A DNA stretch of 64,000 nt from Obrimoposthia wandeli (lineage: Eukaryota): NCBI GenBank assembly GCA_977020255.1, contig CDROCS010000546.1, positions 1 to 64,000 of the forward strand, in the 5' to 3' direction. A model generated the notes under the pieces. It saw only the letters and a program-made list of their open reading frames with translations, ran no database searches and was not told the origin of the DNA. How positions within the stretch are numbered: position 1 is the first letter of the stretch; every line of letters begins with the position of its first letter. Position numbers and translations under genes: made by a program. Shown here in pieces: positions 28,232 to 37,444 of the stretch.

Positions 28232-29617
28232 CTAAATAACCACATCCCCTTGTTGCTGTAATTGTTGTAATACTTCGGCGAAAACAGCAACTCCCTGCTC
28301 GAATAATACACGAGTGGCAGGCCCGCCAAGAGAGATTCTGAGGGCATTGTAGCGCAGTGGATTAGAGGCTGTGCAGAATACATCTGCGGTGCGCACTTTG
28401 ACGTTGCGCGCCAATAGTAAACCGCTGAGCTGGTGCATATTAATCGTATTGGGAAGTTCCAGCCATATGTTTAAACCCCCTAGACGAGCAGGTAACTGTA
28501 AATCGCTGAACAGCTGTTTAAACACTTGTTGTCGGTAGCATAGCTCTTGCTCCAATAACTGTTGATTACGCTGGTAATGCTCCGTGTTAATCACCCGCGA
28601 AATGAGCTCGAAATTAATGGGAGAGACCATCCAACACTGACTATGTATTTGGTTTTTTAACGCCTGCTGTAAGGTTTTGGGTGCCAGTAAATAGCCAATC
28701 CTCAGTCCACCGGCAAAGTATTTAGATAAACTCGATAAATAGATTACACGGGAACTGTCTAGCTGCTGTAATGGGCATCGCCACTGCTGACTCAGCGTGT
28801 AATTAACGTCATCTTCGATAATATAAAATTGGTGGATGTGACTTAACTCCACCAACTTCTGACGCTGCTGATCACTGTATTGTATATTGGTCGGGTTTTG
28901 CATATTGGGGGTAATATAAACAACTTTAACCGCTTGTTGCTGGCATATTTCAGCTAATTCATCTAGATCTATTCCCGCACTCGTCAAAGTGACAGTCCGG
29001 CAATTCAAGCCACTTGCCTGAGCCGCTTTAGTAAAACCAGGGTACGTTAAACTCTCGTGTACAACAGTGTCACCTGCGTTAGTTAACACTTGTAAACAAC
29101 TGTAAATACCCTGCTGTGCCCCCTGGGTGAAAATTAACTCCTCAGCCTCTAATACTATACCTTTAGCACTTAACCACTGTGCAAAAGTGACTTTATGTCT
29201 AGCGACACCGTCAATGGCATAAGTCATCACTTGTTGCAGAGCCCGACTGTCATCAGCCAGTTCATGCATAGCCTGAGCCAAAATGTTTTGCTGCCCCAGC
29301 ATCGGCTGCATACTCGCTGCAAAATCAATTATTTCGCCTTTAACAACGCACTCTAATGGCGCATTTACATAAGTACCCGCCCCACGCTTGGCAACCACTA
29401 ATGCTCTTGTTTCCGCCAGAGCATAGCCACGAGTAACGGTACCATGGGTTACATTTAACACATCGGCCAACCAGCGCTGCGCCGGCATTTTTTGCCCATG
29501 CACAAGCTCACCGCTGGCGATTGCCGTTTCAATTTGAGCCGCCAAAGCTTGATATTTAGCCTGGGACTGACAATCGGTCACAAAGCGCTGTAGATCGGGA
29601 TTCCAAATTGTATTCAT
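28232..29617 (-). CDS. MocR/GabR-family regulator (GntR HTH plus PLP aminotransferase-like domain)
   Basis: MPAQRWLADVLNVTHGTVTRGY, IIEDD and SLSKYFAGGLRIG motifs. Confidence 0.9.
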   Translation of the reverse strand: MNTIWNPDLQRFVTDCQSQAKYQALAAQIETAIASGELVHGQKMPAQRWLADVLNVTHGTVTRGYALAETRALVVAKRGAGTYVNAPLECVVKGEIIDFAASMQPMLGQQNILAQAMHELADDSRALQQVMTYAIDGVARHKVTFAQWLSAKGIVLEAEELIFTQGAQQGIYSCLQVLTNAGDTVVHESLTYPGFTKAAQASGLNCRTVTLTSAGIDLDELAEICQQQAVKVVYITPNMQNPTNIQYSDQQRQKLVELSHIHQFYIIEDDVNYTLSQQWRCPLQQLDSSRVIYLSSLSKYFAGGLRIGYLLAPKTLQQALKNQIHSQCWMVSPINFELISRVINTEHYQRNQQLLEQELCYRQQVFKQLFSDLQLPARLGGLNIWLELPNTINMHQLSGLLLARNVKVRTADVFCTASNPLRYNALRISLGGPATRVLFEQGVAVFAEVLQQLQQQGDVVI

Positions 29618-29681
29618 AACAATAAACTTATTGCCCCATTTTAGCTAGTGTGAGAAATTACACGCAGATACAGTTATTAAT

Positions 29682-29697
29682 ATTGTATGCATACAAT
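29682..29697. promoter_or_regulatory. Palindromic operator candidate between MocR and LysE genes
   Basis: ATTGTATGCATACAAT is a perfect 16-bp palindrome. A related ATTGTATTCATAACAAT at 29607-29623 overlaps the MocR start codon. Confidence 0.6.
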
Positions 29698-29722
29698 TTA
29701 TAAATATCAAGAGGAATATACC

Positions 29723-30325
29723 TTGAATACTGCACTGTTAGATTTAGTTCCAACATTAGCGCTCTTTTGTTTGGTGACGACACTCACCCCTGGACCTAAC
29801 AATATACTTTTAGCACATTCGGGTGCACACTTTGGCATCCGAAAAACATTACCTCACGTCTTGGGGATTCGCGTTGGAATGACTGCCTTGCACTTAACTA
29901 TTCTGCTAGGTTTGGGGGAATTATTTAAACAGTGGCCAGTGATGCAACAATTATTGAGCTTTATAGCCAGCGGTTACATCGTCTATATTGCGGTCAAAAT
30001 TGCCTTTAATAAAGCCCCTAATGATCGAAGTGCCACTAACCCTATGAGCTTTATTCAGGCGGCTAGTTTCCAGCTAATAAATCCAAAGTCTTGGGCAATG
30101 CTACTGACCGCTAGTACCGTTTTCACCTTGCAGAATGATTTGTTTTGGCCCTCCGCTATATTGGGTATTGTGATGTTTAATACTGCGACATTACCTGGTA
30201 CTTTTATGTGGATCAGTATTGGCAAGCTTGTCTCAAGCAGATTGGCTCAACCAAAATTCAATCAACGATTTAACGGTTGTATGAGTTTATTACTGCTCAT
30301 GACGTTACCCATGCTGTTCTTATAA
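29723..30325 (+). CDS. LysE/RhtB-family amino acid exporter
   Basis: TPGPNN and FQLINPKSW motifs. RBS gagga before TTG 29723. Confidence 0.88.
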   Translation: MNTALLDLVPTLALFCLVTTLTPGPNNILLAHSGAHFGIRKTLPHVLGIRVGMTALHLTILLGLGELFKQWPVMQQLLSFIASGYIVYIAVKIAFNKAPNDRSATNPMSFIQAASFQLINPKSWAMLLTASTVFTLQNDLFWPSAILGIVMFNTATLPGTFMWISIGKLVSSRLAQPKFNQRFNGCMSLLLLMTLPMLFL

Positions 30326-30693
30326 CTCGTCCATCACTTACGCGTTGTGCTAATCATGAATAAAGCGCTAGGCATTAGCGCTGGAGAAATAAAACGCCAG
30401 AGTTAGCGTGCCTGTGATATCGCTTAGCAATTGATTTTATGCGCTGTGACCATTTGATTAATAGCTGGGATATGCTCAGTAATTTATCAATATATATACA
30501 TAACACACGCGAACAGCGTGTGAGCACAGAACCGATATTGAGTGCTGTAATCAATGAGATCAGGGGTGATTTTTTTTACCCAGTTCCGCTCGGTGTTTTA
30601 TATCCAAGCCTCTGTGCTCAACAGCAGCTCTATCATGAATGATTAAGATATTATCTAGCAATGCTCCCATAGATCAATAATGGCGGGGCATCT

Positions 30694-30724
30694 GTAAAAC
30701 CGCTACTCTGGGCAGCGGTTTTAC
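30694..30724. terminator. Terminator of the carnitine/BCCT operon
   Basis: gtaaaaccgct ... agcggttttac, a perfect 11-bp inverted repeat just past the BCCT stop. Confidence 0.7.
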
Positions 30725-30732
30725 GTGTTTAA

Positions 30733-32382
30733 CTAACTCGTTTGCGAATTTAATGTCACTGCTGATGAATCTTGCCACAGTGATTTAAGCATCCCTAAAG
30801 TCATAATAATAATGACCACGCTTAAAGGTAGTGCAGCGGCGATGTTAGCGGTTTGTAATGCACTCAACCCTCCAGACACTAGTAATACAGCGGCCACAAG
30901 ACCGATCACCACACCCCAGAAAACTCGGAAGATTTGTGGTGGTTGCTCATTCCCCAGCGAGAGAATTGTGGTGAGCACTAGCGTGCCAGAATCGGAAGAT
31001 GTTACGAACCAACTCAGTAGTAAAAATACCATCGCAGCATTTAGAATCCATCCTAGTGCACCGTTACCTGCAACGTTTTCTGCACTGGCAAACAGTGCCG
31101 CGGGTAAATTCCAGTCATTAACCAGATCGATTAATCCTGCGCTACCAACGCCTTGTGCGGCCGTTAGTTCTTGATGAATAGCCGTGCCACCAAAAATGCA
31201 TAGCCAGATAAAAATAACAGTTGTCGGTACCAATAACACCCCGATCACAAACTCTCGCATGGTACGGCCGTGTGAAATACGCGCAATAAATAAACCGACG
31301 AAAGGAGCCCACGCTAACCACCAGCCCCAGTAAAAGACGGTCCAGCCATTTTGCCAGCTAGCAGGCCCTTCTTCCGAGGGAAACCACAATCCCATTGGAA
31401 TGAAATTAACCAGATAATCAAGGGATGAATCGGCAAACATTGTCAGTAACCATTGTGTCGGGCCGCCGAACAAGAAAAATGCCACCACCACAATTGAAAT
31501 CAACACATTCCATTGCGAAATAATTTTGATACCGCGGCCCACACCCGACATTGCTGATAAGATAGAGATCACCGAGATCATTGCAATCAGCACCAGTTGA
31601 GTGGTGGTGCCTGCATCAACGCCAATCAAGCGCTCAAGGCCCACTGCCATTTGGCTAACACCTAAACCCAGAGAAGTGGCAACGCCGAACACACAACCCA
31701 TCACTCCAATTAAATCGACAGCATGCCCTATAGGGCCGTATATTTTATCGCCGATAAAAGGGTAGAGGGCAGAGCGTAGCGCCAGTGGTAGTTTTTTGCG
31801 GTAAGCGAAATAGGCAAGAGACAAACCGACAATCACATAGACTGCCCAGCCGTGAAACCCCCAGTGAAAATACGTCACACGTAATGCAGCGACACCGCGT
31901 TCATAGTCAATAGCAGTGGCTCCAACTAAATCGGCATAGGGATTATTGGGATAGCCAAATGCAGCGGCGTTATCTAGGTAAAATATAGGTTCAGCCACAC
32001 CAAAGAAAAGAATGCCGATGCCTATACCGGCGGAAAACAACATGGAAAACCATGAAAAACGACTGAATTCCGGCCGGCTATCATCGTCACCCAAGCGAAT
32101 GCTACCAAACTTACTCAGGGCAACAAACACACAGGCAGCAATCATGAAGACAATTGCCACCATGTAATACCAGCCAAACACATTTTCTATCCAACTACGT
32201 GTTGCACCAAACAGCGTAGCTGCCAGCTCATTATTGGTGGCGGTAAATACAACAAAAAGTAACACAGAAAGCGCAGCGCTTATTGTCATACCCCGGTGCA
32301 TACCTTTAAAGACCCCTGTGTGACACAATAATTCTGCCTTAAAGACAGTTGTGTGCTCAGCGGTTGATTTATTCGAAGACAT
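30733..32382 (-). CDS. BCCT-family (betaine/carnitine/choline) transporter
   Basis: SMLFSAGIGIG, TYFHWG.HGW, WTVFYWGWWLAWAPFVG and VTSSDSG motifs. Confidence 0.93.
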   Translation of the reverse strand: MSSNKSTAEHTTVFKAELLCHTGVFKGMHRGMTISAALSVLLFVVFTATNNELAATLFGATRSWIENVFGWYYMVAIVFMIAACVFVALSKFGSIRLGDDDSRPEFSRFSWFSMLFSAGIGIGILFFGVAEPIFYLDNAAAFGYPNNPYADLVGATAIDYERGVAALRVTYFHWGFHGWAVYVIVGLSLAYFAYRKKLPLALRSALYPFIGDKIYGPIGHAVDLIGVMGCVFGVATSLGLGVSQMAVGLERLIGVDAGTTTQLVLIAMISVISILSAMSGVGRGIKIISQWNVLISIVVVAFFLFGGPTQWLLTMFADSSLDYLVNFIPMGLWFPSEEGPASWQNGWTVFYWGWWLAWAPFVGLFIARISHGRTMREFVIGVLLVPTTVIFIWLCIFGGTAIHQELTAAQGVGSAGLIDLVNDWNLPAALFASAENVAGNGALGWILNAAMVFLLLSWFVTSSDSGTLVLTTILSLGNEQPPQIFRVFWGVVIGLVAAVLLVSGGLSALQTANIAAALPLSVVIIIMTLGMLKSLWQDSSAVTLNSQTS

Positions 32383-32674
32383 AATCTTTCCTGTGAAGTT
32401 ATTATTTTTGAGATCTCAACGTAACGTCTGTCCTCAATGATGCGGCGTTAAAAATCGGCCCGCTAAACTCATTTACATTGGTAAACTTCGTTATTACACC
32501 AATTTTTTCCTTGCCTCATCACCTTTCACGACGTTCTAGCGAGGTCTAATTTTATGAAAAGCCTTATTTTGAACGAACGATTCCCTAGCGTGTGCCATTG
32601 ATTAATTTAAGAAAAAAAGGGGAGGAGAAATCCGCCCCTAAAACTAAGCTGTGATACTTAGCCGTGATCGTGTG

Positions 32675-34147
32675 TTAGCCGCGCGATTTGGCGACAATTG
32701 CGTTACCGGCACCTTCAGGCGGCGTCAGTAATTGGTGTTGCTGATAAATACTTTCTAGTTTTTTCTCGACGACGGGTGCGGCCGGACAAGTACGTCCTGT
32801 ATTGAGATCAACATGCAGTAACATATGCTCTCCCGTGGCCAACAACCTTTCATCACTGTACAGGCTATGGAACAAATGCATCCGCTTGGCATCGCAGCTA
32901 ATTAGTTGCGTTTTCACCTGTAACGCACCGCCTAACTTGACTTCATCCAAGTGGCGAATGTGTGTCTCTACTGTGAAATAGCTCTGTCCGTCTTCAACGT
33001 ACTGCTCATCTGCGCCGACATGATGCATGAAATTGTCAGTAGCCATACTCATCACTTGTAGATAATTTGACTCATTCATATGACCGTTGTAATCAATCCA
33101 CGCCGGGAGTACTTTACCGTTGAACATGATCAATGGCTTAGCTTCATCCACTTGTTCTGGCGCACTGGGGCTGTATTGGGCTAAACGCTGGTCGTGTTCA
33201 CGCAGCATTTCACCGACACCCCAATTAGCGTCTTTTTGGACGCGCATAATGCCCACTAAATTGTCATCGCGAATACGCTCAAGTTCGCGAATACTGTGCA
33301 TGCCTGACTGTGCATCTGACTGATCGGCAATTTTTTGCACCAGCTCGTCGGTGAGTTCAGGCACGTCCATCAGTTTGGTCCAAGGCCAGGCAAGCGCCGG
33401 TCCGAATTGCCCGATGAAGTGCGCCATCCCCGCCTCGCCCCCGGCGATACGGTAAGTTTCAAATAAGCCCATTTGCGCCCAGCGCAATCCGAAGCCAAAG
33501 CGAATAGCGTCATCAATTTCCTCGGTAGTGGCGATATCATCTTTAATCAACCACAAACCTTCACGCCATACCGCCTCAAGCAGTCTATCGGCGATATGAG
33601 CATCAATCTCTTTTCGCACAACCAGCGGCTTCATTCCTATGCCACTGAGTAACTCGCTAGCAGCAGTTACTTGCTCAGCACTTGTATGACTACTGGGTAC
33701 AACCTCAACCAGCGGTACTAGGTACACTGGATTAAAAGGATGAGCGACCAGTATTTGCGCCGGATTTTTTGCACCTTGCTGTAATTCACTCGGCTTAAAG
33801 CCAGAAGTCGATGAGCCAATAATAGCTTGGGCTGTGCAATACTGTTGCACCTGTCCAAGAATTTTGTGTTTTAGCTCTAAACGCTCAGGTACGCTCTCCT
33901 GGATCCACTGTGCTTTTGAAACAGCTTCTTCTAAGCTAGCGCAAAAGGTCAGTGTGCCCTCATCTGGCATCGCTACATCAGCCAATGCAGGCAGTGAGCG
34001 TCGCGCATTCGCTAAAACTTCTTCTACCTTGCGCTGTGCATCAGGAGCTGGATCAAACACGTTAACATTCCAGCCATGCAATAAAAATCTAGCGACCCAA
34101 CCGCCACCAATAACGCCGCCACCAATACATGCTGCTATTCTAGTCAT
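32675..34147 (-). CDS. lcdH: L-carnitine 3-dehydrogenase fused to a C-terminal thioesterase domain (CdhA-CdhB type)
   Basis: GGGVIGGGW, QESVPERL, HPFNPVYL and GLRWAQMG motifs. C-terminal WIDYNGHMNE hotdog domain. Confidence 0.9.
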   Translation of the reverse strand: MTRIAACIGGGVIGGGWVARFLLHGWNVNVFDPAPDAQRKVEEVLANARRSLPALADVAMPDEGTLTFCASLEEAVSKAQWIQESVPERLELKHKILGQVQQYCTAQAIIGSSTSGFKPSELQQGAKNPAQILVAHPFNPVYLVPLVEVVPSSHTSAEQVTAASELLSGIGMKPLVVRKEIDAHIADRLLEAVWREGLWLIKDDIATTEEIDDAIRFGFGLRWAQMGLFETYRIAGGEAGMAHFIGQFGPALAWPWTKLMDVPELTDELVQKIADQSDAQSGMHSIRELERIRDDNLVGIMRVQKDANWGVGEMLREHDQRLAQYSPSAPEQVDEAKPLIMFNGKVLPAWIDYNGHMNESNYLQVMSMATDNFMHHVGADEQYVEDGQSYFTVETHIRHLDEVKLGGALQVKTQLISCDAKRMHLFHSLYSDERLLATGEHMLLHVDLNTGRTCPAAPVVEKKLESIYQQHQLLTPPEGAGNAIVAKSRG

Positions 34148-34186
34148 TCTTTTTCCTCGCACTTCCATTACTATGAAAGCTAAATA

Positions 34187-34957
34187 TTAAGGGGCCAAAC
34201 TCTCAGTATTACCGTCGATCGACAGCGCTTGGCCGGATATTTTATCACCACCTTGGGATGCCAAAAACAACGCCATGTTAGCGATGTCTTGCGCTTTTAC
34301 CCAGGTTTTCATCGAGACTCCACGTACGTAAAAATCTCGTACTTGCTGCTCCGGCAAACCTTTGGCACTAGCTTCTGCAGCAATCACCGCATCCATTCGC
34401 TCACCTTCAACAGCACCTGGACACAGGGCATTAACACGGATGTTGTGAGGCCCTAGCTCCATCGCCAGCGTTTCCATCAAACCAATCACCGCCCATTTCG
34501 CCGATGCATAGGCGCTGCGATAGGGATAACCCATCAATCCAGCAGTTGATGAGGTCAATAGCAGCAGACCATTGCCCTGGGTTTTAAACACTTTGGCAGC
34601 ACTGCGGGCTGTCAGAAATGCGCCATCGACATTAACTCGATGGCAGGCGCGCCAAGCGCTGTAATCCAAAGTATCAATGGCCCCTGCAGGTCCTGCTGTC
34701 CCAGCGTTAGCACAGACAACGTCCAGCTTGCCCCAACGTTTATCTAACTGCTCGAACAACTGCAGTACCGCCGCTTCGTCAGCGATGTCGAGACAGTCAA
34801 AATAGTGTTCAGGATATTGCTGTGCCATCTGCTCGACTGCAGCACCGTCAATATCGACCACCGCGACTTGGTCACCGCGTTGGATAAAAGCTTGGGCCAT
34901 CGCCTTGCCTATACCGCTGGCACCAGCGGTAATTAGTATGTGTTGCATCTGTAGCAT
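34187..34957 (-). CDS. Short-chain dehydrogenase/reductase
   Basis: TAGASGIG, ANAG, YASAK and RVNALCPG motifs. Confidence 0.9.
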   Translation of the reverse strand: MLQMQHILITAGASGIGKAMAQAFIQRGDQVAVVDIDGAAVEQMAQQYPEHYFDCLDIADEAAVLQLFEQLDKRWGKLDVVCANAGTAGPAGAIDTLDYSAWRACHRVNVDGAFLTARSAAKVFKTQGNGLLLLTSSTAGLMGYPYRSAYASAKWAVIGLMETLAMELGPHNIRVNALCPGAVEGERMDAVIAAEASAKGLPEQQVRDFYVRGVSMKTWVKAQDIANMALFLASQGGDKISGQALSIDGNTESLAP

Positions 34958-34977
34958 CCTCAGACTTTTATGCCGCC

Positions 34978-35895
34978 TTATCTAGATAGCGGAGCGCGTT
35001 TAACCAGCTTCATTTTTTCGCGCACTTGTGCTGGGGTCATCAATGTCGCCCCCATGTTAGTGACGATCGTAGCTGCACGTTCTACTAGCTGAGCGTTTGT
35101 CGCTAACTGCCCTTTACCCAACCACAAGTTGTCTTCAAGGCCGACACGAATATTTCCACCTGCTAGCATTGCCGCTGCGGTGAATGGCATTTGATTACGT
35201 CCGATAGAGAAGGCAGAAAAAGTCCAAGACTCTGGGATATTATTGACCATTGCCATAAAGGTATTCAGATCATCCGGGGCGCCCCATGGAATCCCCATGC
35301 ACAACTGGATCATCACTGGGTCTTCAATAATTCCCTCTGACACTAGTTGCTTAGCTAACCACAGGTGACCTGTATCAAAGACTTCGATTTCAGGGCGAAC
35401 ACCCATGTCCGTCATCTTTTGACCCATCGCACGCAACATACCCGGTGTGTTGGTCATCACATAATCCGCCTCGGCGAAGTTCATGGTGCCACAGTCTAAA
35501 GTACAGATCTCAGGTAGGCACTGACGCACATGCTCGACACGCTCAGTAGCGCCGACCATATCTGTCCCTGCTTGATTTAATGGGAAGGGCGATTCTGCAT
35601 CGCCAAAGACAATATCTCCTCCCATGCCCGCTGTCAGGTTAAGCACCATGTCTACTTCTGATTCACGTACTCGCTCCGTCAACTCGCGATAGAGTTCGAC
35701 ATCTCGACTGGGAGCACCTGTTTCTGGATCGCGAACATGACAGTGCACGACTGCCGCACCTGCTTTGGCCGCTTCGATACAACTATCAGCAATTTCTTTG
35801 GGGCTGCGAGGAACATGAGGCGAGCGATCTTGAGTGCCACCAGAGCCGGTCACTGCACAGGTAATAAACGGAGCTGTATTAGGTTGTAAAGGCAT
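34978..35895 (-). CDS. cdhC: BKACE-family beta-keto acid cleavage enzyme (3-dehydrocarnitine cleavage, CdhC-like)
   Basis: ITCAVTG, HCHVRDP, LDCGTMNF, EIEVFDTGH and RVGLEDN motifs. Carnitine context. Confidence 0.85.
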   Translation of the reverse strand: MPLQPNTAPFITCAVTGSGGTQDRSPHVPRSPKEIADSCIEAAKAGAAVVHCHVRDPETGAPSRDVELYRELTERVRESEVDMVLNLTAGMGGDIVFGDAESPFPLNQAGTDMVGATERVEHVRQCLPEICTLDCGTMNFAEADYVMTNTPGMLRAMGQKMTDMGVRPEIEVFDTGHLWLAKQLVSEGIIEDPVMIQLCMGIPWGAPDDLNTFMAMVNNIPESWTFSAFSIGRNQMPFTAAAMLAGGNIRVGLEDNLWLGKGQLATNAQLVERAATIVTNMGATLMTPAQVREKMKLVKRAPLSR

Positions 35896-35998
35896 GTTGT
35901 TATCTCATCGATTGTTTATTTTTGCGTATAATCTCACTATAACACCGTATATAGTTTGCATTTAGCGCACTAAATTTGATAATAAACGAAAAATAGAG

Positions 35999-36958
35999 AT
36001 GTTTATGCCATTATTTTCACCTCACTCAGACACCCTAAATGTCGTGCTCTTACTGTTACCTGAGTCTTCACTGATGTCACTTGCTGCAACGCTAGATACG
36101 ATGCGTGCCGCCAACCGGCTATCTGGACGCCAGTTATTTAAGTGGAAGGTTTTAAGTTTAGATGGCTGCGCCGTTGAATTATCGTGCGGCCAGAAAATCC
36201 AACCTGACGCTAGTTTTGCCGAACCCTGTGAGGGTGATTTACTGGTATGTATTGCCGCTTTTCACCACGCCTGGTATATGCCAGAACTGCAATTACGACA
36301 TTTCAAACATCAGGCAAAGCACTTTGACTATCTCGGTGCGGTAGAGTCTGGCAGTTGGATTTTAGCGCGCGCGGGTATGTTAGAAAATAAAAGAGCGACT
36401 ACCCACTGGGAGGATTTAGAAGATTTCCGCGACAGCTACCCACAGATAACAGTCCTCCCCGACCGCTACATCATTGATGGTAAGGTATTTACCACTGGAG
36501 GCGCATCACCGACAATCGACCTAATGCTGCATTTAATTGCCATGCGTTATGGTCATCCCCTAGCCTTAGAGGTGGCGAGTATCTTTATCTACGATGGCGG
36601 TAGGGCGCAAGCCCCACAACCGCTGGTATCACTAGGCCCCCTACTACAGCTTGCACCCCGAGTCAGCACCGCGGTAAACCTAATGACACAGCATATAGAT
36701 GAGCCACTAACGATAGAGCACATTGCCTTACACTTAGGAATGTCTAGTCGAAATTTACAGCTGTTATTTAAACGGGAATTAGGCGTGAGCCCCCACGCTT
36801 ATTACAAACGATTACGTTTACAAAGTGCCAAGCGGTTAGTGGATGATAGTCATCACAACATGCTGGAAATTGCCGTGCGCACAGGGTTTAGTTCACTGGC
36901 GGTATTTTCACGTGAATTTAAAAAATATTACGGGAAGAGCCCTCGACAATATCGCTAA
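35999..36958 (+). CDS. cdhR: GlxA-family AraC regulator (CdhR-like)
   Basis: LDTMRAANR, TTHWED and C-terminal AraC HTH (EIAVRTGF). Divergent from the carnitine operon. Confidence 0.82.
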   Translation: MFMPLFSPHSDTLNVVLLLLPESSLMSLAATLDTMRAANRLSGRQLFKWKVLSLDGCAVELSCGQKIQPDASFAEPCEGDLLVCIAAFHHAWYMPELQLRHFKHQAKHFDYLGAVESGSWILARAGMLENKRATTHWEDLEDFRDSYPQITVLPDRYIIDGKVFTTGGASPTIDLMLHLIAMRYGHPLALEVASIFIYDGGRAQAPQPLVSLGPLLQLAPRVSTAVNLMTQHIDEPLTIEHIALHLGMSSRNLQLLFKRELGVSPHAYYKRLRLQSAKRLVDDSHHNMLEIAVRTGFSSLAVFSREFKKYYGKSPRQYR

Positions 36959-37005
36959 GTGGTAAATACCTTTTAGCCGAATTTAACCCGATAATTCCAG
37001 ATTAT

Positions 37006-37437
37006 TCATTTTTTGTAGGACATAAGTTTAGCTTTCAGAACAACTATGAAGGGAAATAAAGCCACCAATAATGATAGTAACGCACCAGTCATCATCGTTT
37101 GCAGGTAAGCACCAAGAAAGTGGTGAGTCGGCAAGCTAAATACTTCGATAATTGCACCCGCTAAAATTCCCGCCCATATATCGATAAACACTACACATTG
37201 TAACAACGCTCTAATTAAAGCCCCAAGATAAAGTGCCCGTATTAGCGAACGCTTAGCTCTACGTGCTAAGTATAACTCTAGTGAGCTGTAAATTATTACC
37301 CAACTGAATATAGCCAACAGCATCCCTATAATATAGCCGGGCTCACCATTACTTGGGTAACCTAAACTAAAACCGGCGATAGCATTAATACTCACCAGTA
37401 CAGCCCACTTACTGAACACCTTGGCAAAATAAATCAT
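37006..37437 (-). CDS. Hypothetical 4-TM membrane protein downstream of tpsB
   Basis: 143 aa, four hydrophobic segments, starts 7 bp after the tpsB stop. Confidence 0.6.
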   Translation of the reverse strand: MIYFAKVFSKWAVLVSINAIAGFSLGYPSNGEPGYIIGMLLAIFSWVIIYSSLELYLARRAKRSLIRALYLGALIRALLQCVVFIDIWAGILAGAIIEVFSLPTHHFLGAYLQTMMTGALLSLLVALFPFIVVLKAKLMSYKK

Positions 37438-37444
37438 AGTAATA

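Noticed and set aside
30330-30690. 360-bp gap between convergent lysE and BCCT genes (67-aa ORF)
   Set aside because: No motif, repeat or convincing structure apart from the terminator.
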